Shown one piece after another: positions 51,888 through 64,000 of a stretch of DNA of 64,000 nt (its first letter is position 1; each line of letters begins with the position of its first letter). The position numbers and the translations under genes were made by a program. Source of the stretch: Eledone cirrhosa (taxonomy: Eukaryota); NCBI GenBank assembly GCA_964016885.1, contig OZ024741.1, positions 145,638,001 to 145,702,000 on the forward strand, written 5' to 3'. The notes beneath the pieces are model-generated. The model saw only the letters and a list, made by a program, of their open reading frames with translations. It was not told the origin of the DNA and ran no database searches.

Positions 51888-53244
51888 GTATAAAGCTATG
51901 CTTGAAGCGAAATCCTATTTCTTTTTTATATGTATATATGTATATGTATATATACATATATACATATATATTTCTTGGCAGAGCTGTTCTGTAAGAGAAT
52001 GGGTCACAAGTGTTGGCTAGCATTATGACTGTAGTGCTGGTGCCATGGAAAAAAGCCAAGTAGGATGGTAGTGATGGAGTCAAGATAAAATGATCCAAGT
52101 ACATACTGTAAAGTAATTGGCATTATTTTATCCAGCTATAATGATCCATTATTTTATCCAGCTATAGAAAACCAAACCAAACATGGAGCATAAAATAAAA
52201 TACCAGTCATAAACTGGAGTTGATGTAATTGCCATTTGCCCATTGGCCTTGTTTCTAAATTAGAAGCCATTAGTAAACATTCTTGCAGATACTCAAAAAG
52301 ACAGATGCTTCAAAATATCTAAAAATGAGATTTTGCTTTGGTTTCTAATTCCTAAAAATCTGAAAGTTGTCTGCGTTGAAGTAATATGTTCTGGATACGA
52401 GTTTATCAGAAACCAATTGTGAATTATTGATCTGTACTCATTCATAGCCACCATTGTTATTGGAAAAAAAAATATTTATCAGTTCTTCTTTGAATAGTTA
52501 TATATATGTTTGTGTATTTGTGAGTGTGTGTGTGCATGTGTATGAGTGTGAGTGAATATGTGTGTGTGTGTGGGGGTGGTGGTGTCTGTGTACACTTGAA
52601 GAAAGACAAGAAGTAGTAGAATGTTTTCATGTATGAGACTACCGAGATAGTGGGGTCTGTTACTATGTTGACCAGCAAGAACAAGTTTGATATCAGAGAA
52701 ATAAACTAACATCAGACAATTGATGGAAGTTTTCAAAATCAATATTCCAGCCATAATTGAACTTAAGTAAGAATAATAAGTCCAGCAAACACAGATGGTC
52801 ATATCTTCCAAAATAGAAGACTTTTGAAAGAAATAGAGACACAGTTAGATTAAAAGAATATTGGTGAAAATGGATTTCAATTACATGGAATTATGGAAAG
52901 GAAAATTTTCCTTCTGCTAAAAATAGATATGAAAATTTAGAAAGAAACATAATAAACTTTCATTACTTGTAGCTCTTAGAATTTTGTCATAGACTAGAAA
53001 TAACATCAGCAACGAATGAAATTTGCTTCACTAAATTATCTCTCTTGCAATTTACTTGAAATTGCTTATGTGAAAAGATTAGGATGACATGTTTGTAGTT
53101 AATTGCTAAAGTATTACAGATCACAAAAGATACAGAAATAACTATATATACTTCACAGAAATATATATAATAAATGACTGCTGTATTTCTTTAACAAAAC
53201 CATCACATTGCTTATTATAATAATAGCCAAAACTGTAAAATGGT

Positions 53245-53450
53245 ACTGGTACCATGAAAAAAGCCCCATATCACACTGTCAGCTGGAAGCTGGTATTATG
53301 GGAAAATGAACCATCAAGTGGTTGGTGTTAGGAAGGGCATCCATTCATAGAAATCAGGACAGTCATCTAAGCTGCTAATCTAGACTCAGAACATGACAAC
53401 CCATCTCACCCATGCAAGCATGGAAAATAGGTGTAAAATGGTAAGGATGA
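53245..53450 (+). mobile_element. Degenerate short RTE-derived element
   Basis: GGTACCATGAAAAAAGCC...GTGGTTGGTGTTAGGAAGGGCATCC...CCCATGCAAGCATGGAAAA. Confidence 0.7.
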
Positions 53451-54235
53451 TTGTAGAAGTTTTAACATGTTGCTATTACATATGTTTAACTTCAGGTAAG
53501 CCCTGATCAATCAGATCTATGATCAAAAACATTCTACATTTAATAATTTTGTTTTAATTTTCCAGCTATCTAAGACTAAACAATCTGTAAAACATTGCAT
53601 TATAAGAACCCCATGGTGAATATAAAGCCTGGGATGGGTCCACAGGATCAATCATTGCATTAGTAGTAAAAATGGCCATAAAACACTTGGTGATGAACAC
53701 ATTTGATTTACCCTTCTAATTAAGTTACAAAACATTTTCTAACATCTATATAAAGTATGATAGACCTCCATTGGTTTCAGCAATGTGTATTCCAGTTGTT
53801 CAATCATGGATTTAATGTGAAAGTGGGTTAGCATTCCACAGATATGTGTATCCTTATTGCAATTTTTAGGGAGATTCGGGAAGACTGTGTGTGTTAATTA
53901 CAAGTACAGTCCTTCCAATGAGCTTCCAGTTTCAGTTTACCAAGTTTAATTTATTAGGCATCGGTTGACTTGAGAGTATGGTAAATGACACTTTATTAAG
54001 ATGCCATGCTGTGGGATTGAAATCATGATCAAATGATTAACCATTTGGCTATGCTGTGTCCAAGCATTAAGTACACACACACACATCATCATCAACATGT
54101 TAACATCTGTTTTCCCTGCCACACAAGCACACATATATTTATTTATAAATACACACAGTATTTATTTGTCTATATATATTTATTTATCTATTTATTTATA
54201 TATATATATTGAAATAAAAATAGAAGCATTGCCAC

Positions 54236-54296
54236 AATGATGGGTATCAGCATATTATGTGGTCAATACCACATAATATGCTGATAGCCATCATTT
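54236..54296. repeat. Hairpin with about 28-bp arms inside a larger inverted repeat (54208-54375)
   Basis: AATGATGGGTATCAGCATATTATGTGGT-CAAT-ACCACATAATATGCTGATAGCCATCATT. Confidence 0.88.
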
Positions 54297-57200
54297 TCCA
54301 TTGAGTGGGTTTATATACCCCATTATTAGACTATTTTATGTAGTCAATGTTATGGTGACACTATTTCTATTTCAATTCTAAAACTTTGCTCATCACGTTC
54401 CAATCATGTTTCCTTTATATATATATATATCATCATTATCATCGTCATTTAACATCCATCTTCCATAATAAACAACACAATATAATTATTCCATTATCAA
54501 AGGTTTCAGGAAACTAGACGATCCTTACAGAAAACGTCCAGCCCATTATTATGTAATTGAATAGCTCTGTACTTTACATAGAGCACTCTTCTTTCCTTTA
54601 CTTTTTTCTACGGAAATACTTAACATATAATATATATATGAAGATGATCCATATCTCTATGTAGAGCAGTAAATTAAAGCATGTAACTTAGTTAAGTAGT
54701 TGATGAGTTAAAATAAGCTATTGTGATTGGTTAAAGTTCAGTAATGTAGGAAAGAGAAAACAGGTGAGTTTACTGAAGCAATTAATGCTATCATTTAAGT
54801 GATTTAATATATCTTTAAAATATCTAAGTGTCAGACAGAAGGTGGACACTTTCTTTTTGTCATTGGGAAATTACCTTGTGAGTGTCAAGCTAATAAAATA
54901 TGTAGTCAATTAATGTCATTATAGAATGTTTAATGAACTAGTGTCAGTTTATTTGATTAAAATGTCAGAAAGACTATGTTGCCATCTTAACTGGTTATCA
55001 GTAAGAAGAAATGAATGGAAAGTATGTAAAACTTTCGTAGTGATGTCAAGTAAATGGAGTAGTGTATTAAGAAATAAGTAGATTTTATCTGCAACCCATT
55101 TCAAGGTAAATAGCATTTATGCCAAATATATACTTCAGCAGCAAGGTTAAATGGTTAAGAAGTTCAATTTGCAATTATAAGATATCAGGCACAATTCCAT
55201 TGTGTGGCATCTTGGGTAAGGATGATTTACCATAGCTTTGGATCAACCCATGCATTGTGAAGGAAATTGGATAGACAGAAACTGTTTGAAAGTCTGTTGG
55301 ATTGACTATATCTATAATTCAAAACATACATTATGTCAAGGTGAATCTCCCTGAGAATTACGTTAAGGGTACATATGTCTGTGGAACGCTCAGTCACTAG
55401 CACATTAATTTCATGAGTAAGCTGCTCAGTTAATTGAACAACCTGAATATTCATTATGGAAACCGATGAAGACCTATTACATGCTCCAGTTATCTCACTC
55501 ATAAATGAAGGATGATTCCTCCCTCCTTTTATTAAATTCATATTTTTCTCTTCATATCTAGTGCCAGTCTGTGACAAAACATTCAATAGAAAAACAATGG
55601 AAAGTATAGACAACATATGCTAGAATGAGGAAATAACTTTAACACATTAACTCTCTCATTACCATATTTAAAAGACTGCCTGTGATTTTCAAATAATTTG
55701 GAAAATAATCAAGAATTTGGAGGGATTTAGTAATATAACTTTCACATTATTAAGCTAATGTTTGGAACACAACAAAGGTTCTTATATAAAATTATGGCAA
55801 AAAGCAATTTGTTATGTAAGATTCTTGATCATATGTTGAAACATATTTAGTTATATTTTGGGAGGGTCATTTTATTGTCAGCATGACCCTCCTGAAGTAT
55901 AACCAGATAATGAAAAGTGTTTAGATAAATATAAACACACACTTTAAAACAAACAGCTTCATATCATAGAACTAAGAGCAGTTTTAGTTGGGTAGGTATC
56001 AAAAGAGTGAACATTGGATTTATAATAGATTTTATATTCTAAACAGAAAATTTAATAAAATAGATTATAGAGATAGAAGAAATTAATCCAGCTTTGTAGG
56101 AGTAACAATGTAAACACAAGTAATAAATAGCTTCTTGCTCCATTTCAATGTCATCTCCTAATAGTTCAGACTTCATGTATTTGTTGTGCTAAGCCAGCCA
56201 GATTCTAAAATAAACACTCTTTACTCCAAGAGAAAATATGTTGACTTTATTGCAAGTTATTTGATCTCCATGATCTTATGTTAAGAATAAGAAATCAAAT
56301 TTATTCAGTGTAAAAGAAAAAAAACATCTATCTATCTTCGGATAATATCTGATGGGAAAGGCAAATCTTTCTATGTAAACATGGTAAAATGATAGTAACT
56401 TTGATTTCCATTTTATGAAGTGAACTTTGATGAAAAGCTTCAAGAAAGGGAGGCAATTACTAGGTGATAAATAAGTTTCAGATATTTACTTTCTGGTGGT
56501 AAATTGAGGAGAAAAACTACTTCACTGAGCAAAAGAGAATTCTGATGTTGATAAACATATCAAAGAAAATAACAAAGTTCCTTCTATGAGAGAGTTACAC
56601 AATGATAAGAAAGAAAAAGGAAAGAATTTTAAAGCTTACTATTATGTAGATTTAGCTGGCCTCATACAAAGTTGCATCTCATAGGAGGTTTCTCAGGTGT
56701 TTTAATGACAAGAGTCCTTTCCCACAATGGTAAACTGCTTGTTAGATATGATAAGCATCACTATTTCAAAAGATATACATGTGTTTTAAGACAATTTTCC
56801 AGGCTGAATCAAGGTTTAGCCATACAGGCTTCATTATAGGGTTCTCTATTTTGCCCCATTGTCTGCATCTCCCCTCATCATTTCCTCATCTATCATATTT
56901 ATCTATATCTTTCTTGGTTTCCCCTACCTATACTTTCTACCACATTCATTTCTGTCACTCTTCTCACTATGTCATATCATTCAAAACATGACCCAGCAGT
57001 TTCATTCCATTTCTTTTCAAAAACCCCTGGATCACATTTGCTCCTCCATCATTTTTAGCCTCATCTTTTCTGGTCTTTTCTCTTATTTTATTTCCATCCA
57101 CATTCATTTCCATCATCCTTCTCACTCAGTCACTTTCACCCATTCTTTACTACATAATCCATGTGTCAACAGATATTTCCCATGTTATTCTAGTTCAACA

Positions 57201-59274
57201 ATAAAACAGAAATTAGTCACTGGCTTGTTTTAATATTTAAAAACAATAAAGCATTAGGCATTAAAATCAAAGAATATAGGTGAAAATAAAATGTTACTGC
57301 ACACAAACACCATAACAATCAATTGCTCTTAATTCATATATATATGTATATTTTATTATCCAAAGAAAAAAGTGGCACTGGCTTCAAGGTTTCGGCAAAG
57401 TTCTAAGTCACTGCTACCTTTTTCTTCAGAAAATATAACTTAAACTTTGCTCACATATGTTGAGTGTCCATTCAGTTACTATTTGACTGTTCTATGTGCA
57501 TTTGTAAGTAAAACACTCTTCTCAATACACACACACAATTACGCACACATATATATATATATTAATGAGGTAAAGTTCAACCAGGTGGTTTCAGCTTGTA
57601 ACCTCTCCAAGTTTCTTCAAGATGCTGTCTCTTTTTCATACATACAAAAACAAATACATATATATACCTACATACATGTCTTCCACACAGTTTCGATTTG
57701 CTTAATTCCCCTCACAAAGAATTGGTCAGCTTAAGGTTAAGGTTATGATAGGATGCACTTTCTCAAGGTACCTCATATTGGGATTGAACACAAATCCACA
57801 TGATGGTGAAGTAAATGTCTTAACATCACAACTATGTTTGTCTGTACCTGCTAATACAGGAACCTTAACAGTAATACAAGCAGTGACTTGTTAATTTAGC
57901 ACTTGATTAATGAAGCTTGAGATTTGATATTGTCAATGACATTGAATTGTGAATGGAATAAAACAGGTATTTGATAATAAACAAATTGATTTAAACTACA
58001 AGCTGATTCAAACCACAGCTGGATTGTAAACAGAGATCCAAAGAAAACAATTATGCCACATGCAAACATCAAAGACAATTGAAAATAATTAAATATCAAA
58101 GGCAATGTCAAATAATTAATAATTTGAACTCTGTTGTTGACCAGGTTGCAAACATTGCAATGAAAATTCGGACATCAAGAAATAAATGCTATTTGTTAGG
58201 TGAAATTTGTGTGAGTGTTTTTTGTTTTTTGTTTTTTAATTGCTGAAATTCCTCTTCCATGATAAAATTGCTTCAGTTTCAATACAGTCGAAGATCAAGT
58301 CATTTGCCTTACAAATACAACTCAGAAATAATCAAACATTTGAAAAAAGAAAACAAAACTATCACCTGAAGAACTGTGAACATTAATGAGAAATTGAAAC
58401 AAAGCAATTATATTATAACTATCAAATGAACTAACATTACTGTTGATTATACTAATATAGTTGAGTTAACCCAATGTAGAGATATTATGGAAACCATCTG
58501 CTCTACCTTTCAATGTACAAATGTTGTACTTGATTTTTGAAGTTTTTAGGCAACAAAACGACAAACATTTTAAACTCTTTTCATAACAAAACCACCAGAA
58601 CCCACCACTACTTTTACCACTACTGTTACCATATTTCTAATGAAATAAACTGCCAATGTGTTTCAATTTATTTAGCAAATTATAAAAAGGTTTGGAGGAA
58701 TTTAATACAATAAGGTTTTCATTATTAAGCCGAGATTTGAAACATTTACTTAACAAAAATTTCTTAAATCAAATTATGGAAGTTTTTGATATTAAGTACA
58801 AACATATGACAGGTAGTTTTGTATCTTAAAACTAAGATGGTTTCGGGTGAATTCGTATCAGAATGGGTAAAATGTCATCATCATCAGCAGCAGCATCATT
58901 TTATGTCTGTCATAGGTTTATAATTATCTAAAAACCTTTCTTCATTATATTATAAAAGTATGTTTATTAAGTTATGCATCAAATACAAGCTTAATAATAA
59001 GAAAGTTAGTTATATTACTAAATCACTTTATTTTAAAGAGTTTATATTTATCTAAAAACATTCCACTATAATTTTATCTAAGAGCATTTAAGTTATGCTC
59101 TAAAGACCAGCTTGATAATGAGAATGTTATTTTAGTAAACAACAAATTGTTGATTATTTTCAAAATTATTTGAAAATCATTGGCAGTATATTTCATTAGA
59201 AATATAATAACAAAAGAGTTAATGCTCTGTTCCTGCTAAAGAAAGAGTTAGCCTCCCAGGCTACATCTCAGGAT

Positions 59275-59800
59275 TCATCATCATCATCATTTTACGTCCG
59301 CTTTTCCCTGCTTGTAAGGGTGGGACGGGTCTTATTTAGCACAGCATCTCTCCACTCGTCACGGTCCTTCGTCATCTCCACCGTGAGCTTCAATGATCTG
59401 AGGTCTGTTCTTACCACCTCCGCCCATGTTTTTCGTGGTCTACCTCTACCACGTCTTCCTTCAACTGGCATTTCCTGGCACTTCTTCACCCATCAGTCAT
59501 CCTCCATGCGCATCACATGTCCATACCACCTCAGTCTCCTCTCCCATACACTACATTCTATCCCTCTCAGACACAGTTTCTTTCTCAATACATTTATGCT
59601 GGGTCGTTCACGCACATTTACACTGCACATCCAACGGAGCATGCTTGCCTCATTTCTCTCCAGCCGTCACATATCCTCTGCAGTTGCTGCCCATGTCTCA
59701 CTACCATGCAGCATCGTGCTCCTCACACAGGCATCATACAACCGGCCTTTCATACGCAGGGAGAAATCCTTCTTCGTCAACAGAGGAAGCAGCTCCCTAT
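59275..59800 (-). mobile_element. RTE subfamily 2 3' fragment
   Basis: ELLPLLTKKDFSLRMKGRLYDAC...WYGHV...GRRGRGRPRKTWAEVV plus tail. Confidence 0.9.
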
Positions 59801-62800
59801 TCGTTATTTTACAGTGGGATACCCTTTAGGATGCCAACCCTTTTAGTTATCTCTTCTAACACATCTGGATACAATGTACCTCTTCGAAATAGGAAACATA
59901 CTTTCTCATCAAATTATTCAATTATTAGTGAGTATATATTTATGCTTACTCAAGTATATTCTGGCTAAATCTCCAAAGGATTACATTTTGGCAAAACAGT
60001 TCTACTTTAAATAGAAGCAAACTTCTTAATTAACCATAGTTTTTTGGCTATAAAACAAATGAGTGAAATAATGGGAATGAAGTATCTCTTATTTGTTTAT
60101 ACAGTTTATTTGTTCTACTAATAAGATTTGACAATCAAATTTGGCAAGCTGAAACAGACATATTTATTGAAGTATCACAATTTAACTTTTTGAAGAAAAA
60201 GAAATTTTTGTTTTTTCAAAATTCTAGGTCTAATGATTAGAAAGAAATGTTGTGCAAAAAGCATCTAAATAATTGGTTTCTTTGAGAATCCATTGAAGTT
60301 GGATGAAATGACTTAATTTCATTCGTTTTGAAAAATTGACACAATGGAGTGAGAATAAAACATTTAAAATACATTTAATAGTAAAGGCTGAAAATAAAAA
60401 AATAATAATTTACAGCTCACGCCTATGCAGGTTTAGCTAACCTTCTACGAAGTTACATTACACAAGAGGCTTCCTGGATATTTTAATGTTAGGGGTCTCA
60501 GTCGTACAATGAAAAATATCTTGAAATAAAATGTCTTCCCCAAGAACATAATGCACCAAAATAAAACTAGTAACCTTATGATCTTTAGTCTAATATTCTA
60601 ACCACTAGGCCACACCTCATTCTAAAAGATGGAGAATAGGGGAGGATATAATTGTGAAGCATTAAAGTTTCAATGAAACTATATTCAATGAATTTTGACA
60701 AATAAAAATATATAATAATATAGTAGCTACTTTTATCTGTTAATATAACTGAGTAGATAATAATTTTAACAGAACGTTTCATTTGACTTTTAAGTAAGAA
60801 AATAATAACCATGCGTGAATTATTTATAATAAATCAAATAATTGGCAAATGACAATATTATATTTTGACATAAATGTTCAGAAACACTTTTGGAAAGAAC
60901 ACAATAGATATATGACTAAAAACAACCAATCAAATATTAATACTGTAAACACAGACAATATAATAACTTTCTTTACAAGGTGTAAAGACATTTTATAATA
61001 CATTAATTTGATATGAGAAAAAAAGAAAAAAAAACAATAAATAAAGTAAATAATGCTTAAATTCAAAATTATATAGGAATGATAATGATGAGTTGGACAG
61101 TCATCATTTCTGACAAGTGTTCAAGTTGTTTGTGAAATTAAAGAGAAAGTGGCTGAGCATTCCATAGACATGTGCACCTTTAAAGTAGTTCTCATGTAGA
61201 TTCAGCATGATACAGTGTGTGACAAGGCTAGCCATTTGAATTAAAGATATAACTCATTTTTTCTAGCAGAGTGAACTGGAGCAATGTTGAGTAATGTGTC
61301 TTGCTGAAGGACACATCACACTGCTGGTAATCAAATTCATGACCTCATGACTCCAACACACTTACTACACAGCTACAAGCCTAAAAACTAAAATAGAAGT
61401 AACAATAATTACCCAATTAACACCAAAGAACATAAGGAAATGTCTTATATTGAGATAAAAAAAGGTGTAATAATGATAAATGTAAAACTATAATCATGAT
61501 ACATATTTATTGCCATTGTTTATACTATTCTACATATTGGCACAAATTCTATGGTGAATTGATTAAATCAGCAACTTCAATGCAGACACAGGTGTGAAAT
61601 GATAAAGAGGTTAAATTCAGTCAAGATAAATTGAAAGGAAATGAGTTGTAATAACTTGTATCATGACAATGTTGTGTGTACATTGAATCTTGGCATCTAA
61701 CAAGGTATAATTTGGATGAAGAAATCAGTACAACACCTATGTAACTGCTTTCTATATACTTAAGGGTTGTACATCTGTTTGAATACATGCTTCTTTTTAA
61801 TGGGATTTATTTTTTATTTCACTAGTACAAAGTTAACAATAGCTGAGATTTTGTAGATTGAAATAAGTAATGCTCTGGCAGCAAAACATGGTTATTGCAG
61901 ATTGAGGATCTGCAGCTGATATTGAAAATGAGTCAAGTAGAATGGTAGTGAATTGGCAGAAATATTACATTGGATATAATGCCTAGTGGTAATTATTCTA
62001 GCTCTCTATACTCTGGGTTCAAATTCTGTTGAGGTCAGCTTTACCTTTAACCCTTTCATGTGAATAAGTGGGGGTAATAAATACTGAGGCTGATCAAATT
62101 GTAATGAACAAAATCTTCCTCAGACTATATATTGTTGCCTTAAAAAGAGGAGGTAGACATTGCATGATGCGGTTGGCTCTATATAAACTAAACTGTACCT
62201 GATAAAACGAAAGGATGTTTATTGCTAGAATACTTTTGATCATAGGCTTGCTGAATCAAAGCTGATCTGGGCTAATCAACAACAATGATAACGGAGACAA
62301 AACTATACTCACTTCTACTCTATCAATTTTATATATAAATAAATAATAATAATAAATAAATAAAAATTAATGTATGATCATAGGCATAGTAAACCAAGGC
62401 TGACCTGGGGCTAAACAACAACACATCAGCAGTAATTATGACAATACTGTATTATTCAGGTCTATAAAAAAAAATGAAAAAAAGAAACAATGTTTCATAA
62501 TAGCCTGCTGAATTAAGGATGACCTGGTGCTAAAAGATAATAGTACAACAACAATAAGGACAACATTATATTCAGTTCTACTATATAGATTGTATAAAAA
62601 GAATAGAAGAAAGAGATCAGATTTAGGTTGCCTCCATAGTTGTTCAGCAACTTCAGAGTATATCTTTCAGATTCTCCTTCGTTCTCTTTTTCTCAGGTAA
62701 AGCTATGAAAGTTTGCATTTATTTCACTTTCATATACTGACTATTTTACTATTTTATTTAATTCCTGCATTCTGTTCACTAGTGTTACAATTTTCACCAT

Positions 62801-63011
62801 TCTTTTTGTTGTTTTCAACTTAAAACTTTAATGATAAATCTTCTTTTCGTTAAATTGTCTTTTACAACATTCGTTTTGGTTTTGTCTTTTGGTTATATTT
62901 TTTTAATTAATTTATTCTCAACTACATTACATTCAAATGTCTCTTGTAATGATTTATTTTACATTGAAGAAAAAACTTCTACTCCGGTAATAACACACAA
63001 ACACTATAAAG

Positions 63012-63013
<2 letters not shown>

Positions 63014-63042
<29 letters not shown>

Positions 63043-63095
63043 TGTATGTATGTATGTATGTATGTATGTATGTATGTATGTATGTGTATGTGTGT
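63014..63095. repeat. (TATG)n microsatellite
   Basis: Directly visible. Confidence 0.97.
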
Positions 63096-63439
63096 GCATG
63101 CATTTATATCCAGACACAAATAGATATATGGATATTTATTCTAATTATTCATATTTTATATTGTATTAAGTGTCCATAATCAGTATAAGGTCTAATAAAG
63201 AATATATTTACATAGTAATATAATTTGAAATTTGTCTATATATATAGGAGATGATTAAATTGCGTAGGAGTCCTATTTCTTACATACATCCAATCAAATC
63301 CAATCCAGGGCTTTCTCACCCCTGTTGGAGAAACCTTTCCTTGATTCATCTCCACTGGTTTCGGTTTGGTTTCAGTCATATTAGAGGTTTAGCCACAGTC
63401 ACCATGCTTGGCCAATTGCAAGTTGGTGATACATCTTGT

Positions 63440-63840
63440 CTAATTTTATGCTTCCCCTAATTAACTGTGCTAGAACTCTTTCCATCACTTTCATAACTTG
63501 GTCCATTATCTTTATTCCTCTTTAGCTGCTCCTTTCTAAAGCATAACATTTTTTTCCTTGTAGCTGTTAGCGTAATGCTGCACCAGCCCTTGGGTATGAT
63601 AGCATCCTGCATTACCTGATTGATTATATGGGGGACTATTTCAGCTCCTACTACTCCTGATGCTTTTAACATCTTGTCAACTATCTCTGACAATCCTGGG
63701 ATTTTACCGTTCTTCACTTCTTTGATCGCTTCCTTGACTCTATGACTGTTGATTTTCATAGTTAGTACCTCTTTTGAATCCTCATCCTTCCATTCATTCT
63801 CTGCATTCATCAGCCTCTCATAGTAACATTTCCAGGCCTC
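63440..63840 (-). mobile_element. RTE ORF fragment (region upstream of the RT core)
   Basis: WKCYYERLMNAENEW...VKEAIKEVKNGKIPGLSEIVDKMLKASG...IPKGW. Confidence 0.75.
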
Positions 63841-64000
63841 TGTATATATATATGTGTGTAATAGGGTGTATATGAAGACAAGGATTAATTATCAATAGAA
63901 CAAACATAGCACAGTTCATAATAGGGGTGTATATGAGTTTATATGATATATTTATGAGCATGGATGACCCATCTAACCCATGCAAGCATGAAAAAGATGA

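Noticed and set aside
52595-52900. Ancient LINE-like coding remnant (similar hint at 56300-56720)
   Set aside because: Too degenerate to support by eye.
60410-60500. Small exon candidates (also 62640-62700)
   Set aside because: Only short splice-like motifs, with no recognisable coding signal.

Overview
AT-rich eukaryotic (animal) DNA, most likely cephalopod (Octopus-like, inferred from the SINE/LINE repertoire and microsatellite load), with no confidently identifiable host gene. It is dominated by retroelements from five groups. (1) RTE LINEs, including an intact 5'-truncated RT ORF with a PHD-type zinc finger inserted inside the RT. (2) A near full-length, decayed L1/Tx1 element plus fragments. 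(3) Two R4/Dong-type RLE elements, each apparently fused to a Tx1-type 5' leader. (4) A CRE-type 3' fragment. (5) A Penelope-like (probably Naiad-type) RT/GIY-YIG element. There are also three SINE families, several MITEs and long microsatellites. The most notable unannotated signals are at least six well-formed type I hammerhead ribozyme motifs (four sequence families, plus degenerate candidates) in short Penelope/retrozyme-like units inserted in (TA)n tracts, often with fold-back inverted arms, and a 15-kb pile-up of (ATT/TAA)n-targeted retroelements. All calls come from manual reading; boundaries are approximate (about +/-20 bp).
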